Virus record (IMG/VR): IMGVR_UViG_3300028638_000009
Length of the DNA stretch: 20,000 nt
Reading direction: 5' to 3' (one strand)
Source of the DNA: an uncultured virus (IMG/VR IMGVR_UViG_3300028638_000009)
Lineage: Duplodnaviria > Heunggongvirae > Uroviricota > Caudoviricetes
The position numbers and the translations under genes are program-made. Within the stretch, counting starts at the first letter, position 1. Every line of letters begins with the position of its first letter. Under the pieces are notes generated by a model, which was not told the origin of the DNA, ran no database searches, and worked only from the letters and a program-made list of their open reading frames with translations. Positions 8,087 through 16,130 of the stretch are shown here, in pieces.

Positions 8087-8142
8087 GGCTGGTCATGAAA
8101 ATGTGTGCTTTCCGCACATTCATATTCAGGATCACTTTATAT

Positions 8143-8150
8143 CTTATACC
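8143..8150 (-). promoter_or_regulatory. Putative promoter motif GGTATAAG (copy 3), pointing into the palindrome
   Basis: Same 8-mer as 357-364 and 6204-6211. No SD-led ORF seen nearby downstream. Confidence 0.5.
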
Positions 8151-8206
8151 CTAAAGATGTGTGAAAAAAGCACAAATTATAAGGTAATATATTAAGATAT
8201 ATCAAG

Positions 8207-8911
8207 TTAGGATATAAATACACTAAGTTTAGCTGACCAGATAGTTTTTACTATACTTTCTAATGAATTCACCGGTCTTACTATTTTTGATATTCTATTC
8301 GTATCAGATGATATATTATCTGCTAAACAATGCTCAACTGTATAAACATCACATATATCGTCAATTAATAGACCAGGATTGGTAGCTAGTAGCGACTGTA
8401 ACTTTTTAAATATTCTGTATTTTGCAGCAGCTATTACATTATACAGCGCGTTTATTCTGCTTATAGATACGTTAACATCCTCATCCATTATAAGCTTATA
8501 GCTATCTGGAGACACTGAGACAGATGTCAACATATCTATAGCCAGAGAGCCATCAATGTCCTCCACTATGTATGCTAGCTTCATGTATCTTGCTGGATTG
8601 TGGAATATTGATTTAAGCCATTTCAAATAGTGGCTGCCCAATAGTTTTATGTCCACTTTTCTATGTGAATCTATATTTGGATAAAATCCTAGCATTGCTA
8701 TACTAGCTCCAGCCAGTATACCCTCTATAAAATCGTCATCTGATAGCGATGATTTTATATTTTCGAATAAACTCTTTATTCCCATTTTACACGCCTTTAT
8801 TACATACTCCTCCTTGTGCTCTCCTATATAAAAATTAGTGTATAGCCTAGTTCTAGACTGTACGAGCACGCAGGCTTTATCTTTTTTTCGGATCTGTATT
8901 TGATCTGGCAT
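8207..8911 (-). CDS. Hypothetical protein (~234 aa, AT-rich gene)
   Basis: Long ORF. AGAGGT SD before the ATG at 8911 (MPDQIQIRKK...) fits better than the 8938 start. No recognisable motif. Confidence 0.7.
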   Translation of the reverse strand: MPDQIQIRKKDKACVLVQSRTRLYTNFYIGEHKEEYVIKACKMGIKSLFENIKSSLSDDDFIEGILAGASIAMLGFYPNIDSHRKVDIKLLGSHYLKWLKSIFHNPARYMKLAYIVEDIDGSLAIDMLTSVSVSPDSYKLIMDEDVNVSISRINALYNVIAAAKYRIFKKLQSLLATNPGLLIDDICDVYTVEHCLADNISSDTNRISKIVRPVNSLESIVKTIWSAKLSVFIS

Positions 8912-8961
8912 GTGTTTACCTCTATAAATAATTAACATTGATGTGACTAAATGTCAATTGT

Positions 8962-8990
8962 TTGACATAGGTAATGACGTAAGGTATTAT
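8962..8990 (+). promoter_or_regulatory. Sigma70-type promoter of the structural operon
   Basis: TTGACA (8962-8967), 17-bp spacer, TATTAT (8985-8990). Confidence 0.7.
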
Positions 8991-8996
8991 ACGTAT

Positions 8997-10859
8997 ATGG
9001 CAAAAGAATACAATGTTGACTACATATGGGATTCCCTGGCAGACTTCTGGAAGCTCTTTGAAGACGCACCAGTAGTGGATCAGCTGTGGAGAGGTTATGT
9101 ATTTACCGTTAATAACCTGTATTACCAGCTATACCAGTTAAATTTATCAAAGTGTATCCACACTATTCCTTATAAATGGATATCTGATTGGGAAGTGTTC
9201 GTACTAAACGACGATACTTCTATAGGGTATTACGATGATAATAGGGTATTTAACTTAAATACAAAAATAGTATTGACTGAAGCTGAGCGAGAGGTTGTTA
9301 CGGCATTGGGCGGCAACTACATGTACCCAGACTATCCGTACGTATTCAGATTGCCATATGGAGTAAAAAACGTAACTCAGCTAAATGAGTCTCCTAGAGA
9401 GACAGTAATGCTCCCAAACAACACCATGCTGTCTCCAGATAACGTATTAATTTTACCTGACAATACAGAAAGATATCTCGGAGATAATTTGTATTATCCA
9501 GAAGAGGTTGTGGAATGGGACGACTATCTCGTGTTCCCAAAAGGAATAACAGTTGACACTGTTAAGATGTTCCCTAATAGTGACTTCATAGTTAACGAAG
9601 TAGCTAGAACTATACATTTTAAGCGCAAGCCATATGAATTAATGTGGTCAAATCTAGCTATACGCGATTTGGAAATGATATATGACAACTTTGGAGTATT
9701 GCTTAAATACTATAAACCAGATTCATATAAATATTTAAGAGAAGTGCAGGGACTATGGTTCGCATACTGGAACGGAGCAGCCGTAGCCAATATAGAGATA
9801 GGATTGAATATACTTAGAGATCTACCATTTGTATCGGAAGATGGTGTAGTAGAAAAAGTATCTACTGTCGATAGTATAGCCACGATAGGGGATAACGACG
9901 TATTTGTAACTAAATCACAGTATGAGCTGCTAACAGTAGGTAAGGAAGTCTCGTATGTGAACGCAGAATCTGGCGTCATTAAAGTGGGCCAAAATTATAT
10001 AAGAATATCTCCAGATGACGCCGCTAACATATCTGTAGGGGACGCCATAGTAGACAAAAAGCTGCCCACAGTGTCTATACAAATAAGTGGGTCTAAGTAC
10101 GACTTTACGGGAGAATCCACCGTATCTGTGGCAGTTGGAGAATTTGTTCCCAAATTCATGCCACTCACCAATGCTATAGGCGTGTACGATTATATAAACT
10201 ATCCTGGATGGTGGAGAGAATATGTAGGCGGATACTACGATAATTTTGAAACCTGCTTAAATATTGGTGGGGCCTACTTTGACACCACTTTCTTCGACTC
10301 CGGAATATTTGACGCTATGGATTCAAATAGATGTCTGGAAGCACTATTCCTGCAATACTTTACCTTTCTGGTAAAGATAGACAGCTCTGCGTGGTTCTGC
10401 AGCAGGGCAGACCTTGAAGTAGTAATTGCCTTCTTGCACGCCATAAAACCTGCATATACTCATTTCCTGTTTCAATTTGATTTAATGTTGCAAGATGACA
10501 CAGTTACGCATGATTCTGAATTTAGGTTTAAAGACTGGAACTATTGTCCTAAGGACATTCCGTTAGATCATCATCATTTTGACATGGAAGTTATACACCC
10601 AAATTTTGATGATGGCAGCTACTTTGATTTTGACAAAGAGCGGGATTACTTATGTATATCCGTATTCGGTAGTCCACACATTTTCGAGGATGATATAGTT
10701 ACTGGATACACATTTGATGATATTGCTGTTGTAGACTTTGATTACCATAGAGTACCGTGGGATTCTGATCCGCTATCAGATGGATTTTACCTGGATATGA
10801 CCAGAAAGATACCTGAAGACTTGAACTTTGCGGATAAACATACTACACTTGACAAGTAA
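8997..10859 (+). CDS. Putative baseplate wedge/tail structural protein
   Basis: C-terminal LHAIKPAYTHF resembles the KPAHT motif of P2 gpI/baseplate wedge proteins. Acidic FD-rich tail; first gene of the tail cluster. ATG 8997 is preferred because the annotated start (8943) would overlap the promoter. Confidence 0.65.
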   Translation: MAKEYNVDYIWDSLADFWKLFEDAPVVDQLWRGYVFTVNNLYYQLYQLNLSKCIHTIPYKWISDWEVFVLNDDTSIGYYDDNRVFNLNTKIVLTEAEREVVTALGGNYMYPDYPYVFRLPYGVKNVTQLNESPRETVMLPNNTMLSPDNVLILPDNTERYLGDNLYYPEEVVEWDDYLVFPKGITVDTVKMFPNSDFIVNEVARTIHFKRKPYELMWSNLAIRDLEMIYDNFGVLLKYYKPDSYKYLREVQGLWFAYWNGAAVANIEIGLNILRDLPFVSEDGVVEKVSTVDSIATIGDNDVFVTKSQYELLTVGKEVSYVNAESGVIKVGQNYIRISPDDAANISVGDAIVDKKLPTVSIQISGSKYDFTGESTVSVAVGEFVPKFMPLTNAIGVYDYINYPGWWREYVGGYYDNFETCLNIGGAYFDTTFFDSGIFDAMDSNRCLEALFLQYFTFLVKIDSSAWFCSRADLEVVIAFLHAIKPAYTHFLFQFDLMLQDDTVTHDSEFRFKDWNYCPKDIPLDHHHFDMEVIHPNFDDGSYFDFDKERDYLCISVFGSPHIFEDDIVTGYTFDDIAVVDFDYHRVPWDSDPLSDGFYLDMTRKIPEDLNFADKHTTLDK

Positions 10860-10873
10860 TTATTATCGCAACT

Positions 10874-10902
10874 TTGACTCTAAGTTAAAAGGTGGGTATT
10901 CT
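10874..10902 (+). promoter_or_regulatory. Possible sigma70-type promoter
   Basis: TTGACT, 17 bp, TATTCT in the intergenic gap before 10932. Confidence 0.45.
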
Positions 10903-10931
10903 AAGATGAATATGAAACATGGGAGACTGAC

Positions 10932-11477
10932 ATGTCAATTGTAATTCCTGATGTACTAAATTTCAGTGAGCCGAAGAGTCCTATTACGGGAAAGATGCAG
11001 CTCATATTCATGACTGGGGACTACCCTGTTATAATTGGGTCGCAAGTTTTAATAAACAAATCTAAGACCAGGATTCTTCATAATGATAAAAATAAGAATC
11101 TTGTAGTAGATGAAGGCCGATTGATACTAAATCAAATAATGGCAGGAGAAATAGAAGCAGACCCAATAGAATACTTCTGTACCGGTACTGGCGGATACTT
11201 TGGAGAGCCAAATTGCAACACCGACCCTAACCCTCCTCTTGGCACGGATATGGATCTTTATGCCCCCTTATTTCAAAAACAGATAAGCTCAAAAGATCAT
11301 CCAAATTCCCTCGCTACCACCTTTGTCACCCTCGTTACAGAAGAAGAATCTAATGGAAATCTTACTGAATTTGCGCTGAAGACTAGATCAGGGCGTATCT
11401 TTGCCCGACGTACTACTCGTCCAATGTGGAAAGACGAGCAAGTGTTCTTTGTGTGCAGATGGACTATACAATTTTAA
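10932..11477 (+). CDS. Baseplate/tail-collar protein (similar to tail-fibre attachment domains)
   Basis: GGGAG SD. NLVVDEGR...GTG...NGNLTEFAL...IFARRT...W.IQF pattern, typical of myophage baseplate and tail-fibre N-terminal domains. Confidence 0.7.
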   Translation: MSIVIPDVLNFSEPKSPITGKMQLIFMTGDYPVIIGSQVLINKSKTRILHNDKNKNLVVDEGRLILNQIMAGEIEADPIEYFCTGTGGYFGEPNCNTDPNPPLGTDMDLYAPLFQKQISSKDHPNSLATTFVTLVTEEESNGNLTEFALKTRSGRIFARRTTRPMWKDEQVFFVCRWTIQF

Positions 11478-11492
11478 GGCGGTGTAATTATT

Positions 11493-13022
11493 ATGGCACA
11501 GAAAATCACTCACTTATATAAATCTCCTAATAGTACGGAGGCGCTTAATAATCACATTGCTAAGATAGTGGCTGAAGGCGCCTATAAAGGGTTGGAAGTA
11601 GTTCCTACTGATCCCGACTCGTTTAGCGTTAATTTAACTGAAGGGTACGCACTTACTGATCAGGGCGTAAAGATAGAAGAAGAACTACCCCTTCCAGAAG
11701 TTGCTACATTCTCCCCTCCAGATCCAAACTTCCCACGAATTGACCTGCTAGTTCTTAGACATAGATATGCTAAGCCAGTTAACTCTACGCTTACACCAAA
11801 TAATGCCACCTACCACATAATTCAAGGGATACCCACCCCTCCACCAGCTAACCCACTACCACCTGACCAACAGGTGTTTGCAGGAGGGATAACTCCACCT
11901 AATTGGCTTCAGGACGGAGATATAATTTTAGCCGACATCCATATGATGCCAGGAAGAACTTTCATATCTGAAGATATGATATTCAACAGGTCAAGAACCA
12001 TGACCACCACAGAACTTATGGATATGGTGGCAAGGGCGCTGTACCTGGCTCTCGGTAATTTTGTATACTGGGGATGGGAACTCACCTCCGACTGGCTTAA
12101 CGTAATAGTAGCTCCGGGGGAAGGACTTCTGTGTGGCCGCGTGAATAAAACCACCAGCCCATTCGCAATTACTACACTTAGGGCTAGGGAATATCTGTTT
12201 GATCCTATTGCAATAAATGGACAACAGCGTCTGATCATGGACTCTGTGGACGCTCCTGGAGTGGAAGACTCTCATAATCTCGGTAATGGATACAACCTTA
12301 CTTTAGACAGACAACCTGATTATCCGTCCATCCTTCGTATAACTGTCCGTCCAGTAGACTGCACAACCTCAGGGTATGTTCGTATATCAGGTAAGAACGA
12401 AAACGGAGAATACAGGCAAGAGTCGGTATTTATAAATTGTCCGGTTCAGGGCGAAGCTGTTACAGTCGAGACCGCAGTAAGATTCTCGGAAGTATATGTA
12501 GATCACGTTGACGCTCAGGGACTGCACAGACCGGGTAAACACATTGAATTCACTATTAAAGACAAACCGCTCGCTTACATTTATGCAGTAGGTACTTCAG
12601 CGGGTAGAGCAGTATTCAAGTCTGTATACAGTCCAACTTATAAACCGCTATGCAATGAGCTGCTTCTAGCCATAGCTGAAACAGACGAAGAAAAGGTTAT
12701 CAAGATTGAAGATATGTCTACCGATTCCTTCGGGGAGATAGAAGAAGATCTTAGCCCTCAGTGTGACGGACATCGAATGGTGTTCGTCCTTAAGAACATT
12801 CCTCTTGAGGGATCTGAGATGGTTGTAATAGACGGTTCAGTGCTGAAACGAAACAGTATTAATAACAAAGGATACACCATTGATGGCGCTGAAATAACTC
12901 TGCAGCCTGGAATCCCAACACCAGAGGGTGATCTAACCTCAGAAGCAGTTCCTCCAGCCACTACTGTGCATGGATTCAAAGGAACGGATCTTTGGGTAAG
13001 GTATAGACGGAGAACATTATGA
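11493..13022 (+). CDS. Virion structural protein (tail fibre/baseplate-associated)
   Basis: PRIDLLV module, Pro-rich segment and C-terminal DG.R.VF.L...GSE.V..DG module shared with neighbouring genes; operon context. Confidence 0.65.
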   Translation: MAQKITHLYKSPNSTEALNNHIAKIVAEGAYKGLEVVPTDPDSFSVNLTEGYALTDQGVKIEEELPLPEVATFSPPDPNFPRIDLLVLRHRYAKPVNSTLTPNNATYHIIQGIPTPPPANPLPPDQQVFAGGITPPNWLQDGDIILADIHMMPGRTFISEDMIFNRSRTMTTTELMDMVARALYLALGNFVYWGWELTSDWLNVIVAPGEGLLCGRVNKTTSPFAITTLRAREYLFDPIAINGQQRLIMDSVDAPGVEDSHNLGNGYNLTLDRQPDYPSILRITVRPVDCTTSGYVRISGKNENGEYRQESVFINCPVQGEAVTVETAVRFSEVYVDHVDAQGLHRPGKHIEFTIKDKPLAYIYAVGTSAGRAVFKSVYSPTYKPLCNELLLAIAETDEEKVIKIEDMSTDSFGEIEEDLSPQCDGHRMVFVLKNIPLEGSEMVVIDGSVLKRNSINNKGYTIDGAEITLQPGIPTPEGDLTSEAVPPATTVHGFKGTDLWVRYRRRTL

Positions 13023-14359
13023 CCTTGAAAGTCGGTAACAGGATACCTGATGCCGACGTATCCCCATGGTTCGAATCACAAGGGATAATGCAGGGATGCG
13101 AGGTAATTGCTGGACCTGGATTGACACTATCTGTCAATCCGGGTAAGCTTAATTTCCAAAATGGGTACTCAGCGGAAATAACACGCAAGATGGACGAGGT
13201 ACTTAGGATAGTCCCGCCTGAAGTTACTAAGTCATACGACTTTATAGTCACTGCAGTTGGAAACGATCTGAACTTTTCCTTAATAGAGAATCACGACATT
13301 CCTATAGAGAGACTATCTGGAAATAACGCTTCTGTATTTGGGGCCGCATTCTCTGAAGATGACAAAGGATCTCTTTACTTCGATGGTATTGATGACTATG
13401 CTCAATTCAATGTGCAGGGTCTAACTAACATAGCCACGATAGAAATGGTTATGAAGTTGGGAAGCCGGTATTCTGGTGGAATGCCTATAGGTTGGGGAGC
13501 GTACGACGTATGGTGCCCATCTGGTGCGCTTGGATATAATATGGGACAAGGCGATTGCTTTGGCATCCCCCAATCTAAAGTGCAATCTTTAGGGTTAGTA
13601 GGAAATTGGGCTCATTATATATTTGAAATGTGGGCCACAGATACCTACACCAGAAATAAAATTTACATAAACGGTGAAGAACAGAAGATGACTCAAGTGT
13701 TCACTCAAGAATACGCGGGTAATCTTAACTTCAATGGCGGTAACGGAAGATTTTCTGGATGGTTTGCGTCAGGAGATACCCACCACTACCGACTTCATTA
13801 TAATCTGCACAGAGCACGCATATACAACAGGCAGCTAACTTATGAAGAGAAGTATAGACGTTACCATGAATACCATAAAGATTCAACCGCGGATTCAAGT
13901 CTTGTTGCTGACTTTAATGCTGCAGCAGTGCCCGGGCAGTTATATGATATGAGAATACTTCCAGCTTCCAAGTATAGAATGACCTCTTTCACCAGACCTA
14001 CTGGTGGAATAATTCTAGCTAGGATACTGGTAGTTCCTCCATGTATAGGAAAAGAATCCATATTTGTGTACAACACATTGCCGCATAAAGGTGAACGAAT
14101 TCTTAAGAGCTATCGACCACTATCGTATCCGGACGGCATAGAAAAAGTGTTTAAGTTACCAGTTAAAATAGAGTCTGAGTTCGGATGCAAAGTAGTTTGT
14201 GCAGGTGTACCTCAGGATGAATTTACAGACTTTACTATAGGGGTGTGGATTGGCGAGGATGGGGAAGAATATTCCTCTATAGTATTTACAGATGCACCAG
14301 GAAATGGTATTGATATTATTGTGAAGACATATATTGGCAAAATAAGATTGGTGGAATAA
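13019..14359 (+). CDS. Virion protein with LamG/concanavalin-A-like lectin domain
   Basis: GSLYFDGIDDYAQF...TIEMVMK...W.H...KIYING...ARIYNRQLT.EE is a LamG-like signature. ATGA coupling to the previous gene. Confidence 0.75.
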   Translation: MTLKVGNRIPDADVSPWFESQGIMQGCEVIAGPGLTLSVNPGKLNFQNGYSAEITRKMDEVLRIVPPEVTKSYDFIVTAVGNDLNFSLIENHDIPIERLSGNNASVFGAAFSEDDKGSLYFDGIDDYAQFNVQGLTNIATIEMVMKLGSRYSGGMPIGWGAYDVWCPSGALGYNMGQGDCFGIPQSKVQSLGLVGNWAHYIFEMWATDTYTRNKIYINGEEQKMTQVFTQEYAGNLNFNGGNGRFSGWFASGDTHHYRLHYNLHRARIYNRQLTYEEKYRRYHEYHKDSTADSSLVADFNAAAVPGQLYDMRILPASKYRMTSFTRPTGGIILARILVVPPCIGKESIFVYNTLPHKGERILKSYRPLSYPDGIEKVFKLPVKIESEFGCKVVCAGVPQDEFTDFTIGVWIGEDGEEYSSIVFTDAPGNGIDIIVKTYIGKIRLVE

Positions 14360-14360
14360 G

Positions 14361-16109
14361 ATGAAATTTATACAAGGCGAAACAGTTGCCTATCCATTCT
14401 CAATTTCATATTATGGTAACAAGGCTGACATTGGATCGCCTCCAACTATCTATGCGCACGTCTTCAGTGTTGAACTGCAGGAGCTTATCGAGGTATCACT
14501 ACTCGTAGATATCGCGGATATAATTCAAGTATCTTCTCAAGTGTTCATGAATGGTACTATATTTATTCCAAAGAAAATGAACACGCTGGCAGTTGGCGAA
14601 TACAGGATTAAAATAGCTATAAAGCTGCCAGATATAATAATGGACCTGCTGTACGCGCCAATAGAAATAGAGCCTGCTACACGCAGTTTTTATGTGTCAT
14701 CTATAAATAAAGATAATGTGACGCCACAAGATGTACGATTTCATCTTAGAAACATTATAGACCCTGGAGTTAAAGCAGGATTCGATATTAGTCTCAGCCA
14801 GGATGCCTTCTATCTAAACATAGGACCTGGGACTATGTATACAACCAGCGGAATAAAAATAGAACATGCAGGCACTCCAAAGGCAGTCAAAGTGCGAAGA
14901 ACTTTATCAAATCCTAGGGTAGACGCTGTATGCATATACTACAATGAAGCACTAAGAGATATGGATGATGCAGTATCCCCTCCAGCATTTAGAGTTATAG
15001 AGGGGCCTGATACAGCTGATTATATTCCTCCGACAATACCGCCCAATTACACGGCGGTTGGCTACGTTATACTTCCAGCGAATATTAATACCTATGATCA
15101 GATAAAGATATCTAGATCGTATACCTTGCTTGGTAAGCGGCCATTCTTCAATGTGCCTTCAATAAATACCGGGGACGGAGTGAGGGATCTTTTTGAGTTT
15201 CCAACAGAGTTCATAAGTGGCACCACAGAAGTAGATGTGGACGGAGTTGGGCAAGTGTTGTCTGAAGACTACGAAGAAGTTGACTCGAAGATGGGGCGCA
15301 GTCTTATAAAGTTTACAGACGGGGTGCCCGCTCCTGGGCAGCGAGTGTCCCTATCAGGGCAACGTTTCAACGGCCCCTTTTATGATTACGACTATTCTAT
15401 ATACGAAACAGGGTCTGCTACGCTACCTCAAGCACGACCATACCCACTAACAGATATGCTGGCAGAATACGTGGCATCTTCGTTTGCTACAGATGAGTGG
15501 CTGGATACTATGGTCAGGATGCCGAAATGGTTTTCTGAACACCATGACAGGTTGCCAACAAAAGGATGGGCTGCTGCTCTAGGGTACTATCTTAACTTTG
15601 AACCCCATACTGGAATGAAATTGGATCTGTCTAACCTAAGAACTGCTCCAATAAATCCACTGTACAATGGCAGAGTTAAAATAAGCATGGAGTGGAATTT
15701 GAGGGATATGCCAGTGAGTATGAACTGGCACCGAGTATTCAGTATTGGGAGCGATATAAATTTGTATCTTCTCAAAGCTAACGAAATGGAGCTTCGTGCA
15801 GTATTTGACTACGGGGCAACAAGACTTATATTAGATATGGGAGCTGGAAGTGCGCAGGCATCCAGTACATCTTTTTCTATCTTCATATGGGAATTGCTGG
15901 ATGGAAGATCAACATTTTCATTAAAGACAGTATCAGATGGCACCTTAAGATATGCCAGCGGAAGTCATTCTTCTACTCACAGTATATACGATGTGTGGAC
16001 TCTGGGAAATGCCACATCCCTGGCTAATCCAAAGACCGGAAATGGCATTTATGGACAGTTATCTAAACTTATACTTTACTCCTCAGAGAATCCAACCGAG
16101 CTATTTTAA
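14361..16109 (+). CDS. Virion structural protein (tail fibre/baseplate-associated)
   Basis: NPRVDAV module paralogous to 11493-13022, GDGVRDLFEF module and beta-rich C-terminus. Confidence 0.6.
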   Translation: MKFIQGETVAYPFSISYYGNKADIGSPPTIYAHVFSVELQELIEVSLLVDIADIIQVSSQVFMNGTIFIPKKMNTLAVGEYRIKIAIKLPDIIMDLLYAPIEIEPATRSFYVSSINKDNVTPQDVRFHLRNIIDPGVKAGFDISLSQDAFYLNIGPGTMYTTSGIKIEHAGTPKAVKVRRTLSNPRVDAVCIYYNEALRDMDDAVSPPAFRVIEGPDTADYIPPTIPPNYTAVGYVILPANINTYDQIKISRSYTLLGKRPFFNVPSINTGDGVRDLFEFPTEFISGTTEVDVDGVGQVLSEDYEEVDSKMGRSLIKFTDGVPAPGQRVSLSGQRFNGPFYDYDYSIYETGSATLPQARPYPLTDMLAEYVASSFATDEWLDTMVRMPKWFSEHHDRLPTKGWAAALGYYLNFEPHTGMKLDLSNLRTAPINPLYNGRVKISMEWNLRDMPVSMNWHRVFSIGSDINLYLLKANEMELRAVFDYGATRLILDMGAGSAQASSTSFSIFIWELLDGRSTFSLKTVSDGTLRYASGSHSSTHSIYDVWTLGNATSLANPKTGNGIYGQLSKLILYSSENPTELF

Positions 16110-16130
16110 TAACGTGTAAGGAGACCTCCT

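Noticed and set aside
7772..8154. Short ORFs 7772-7972 (-), 7960-8154 (+) and a 23-aa ORF 8052-8123 (-)
   Set aside because: No SD, no protein-like features, and they overlap the palindromic element.
7678..8206. Group I/II intron, cobalamin riboswitch, tmRNA, RNase P or retron msr-msd identity for the structured region
   Set aside because: Diagnostic conserved motifs were not seen, no host gene is interrupted, and there is no reverse transcriptase in the window.
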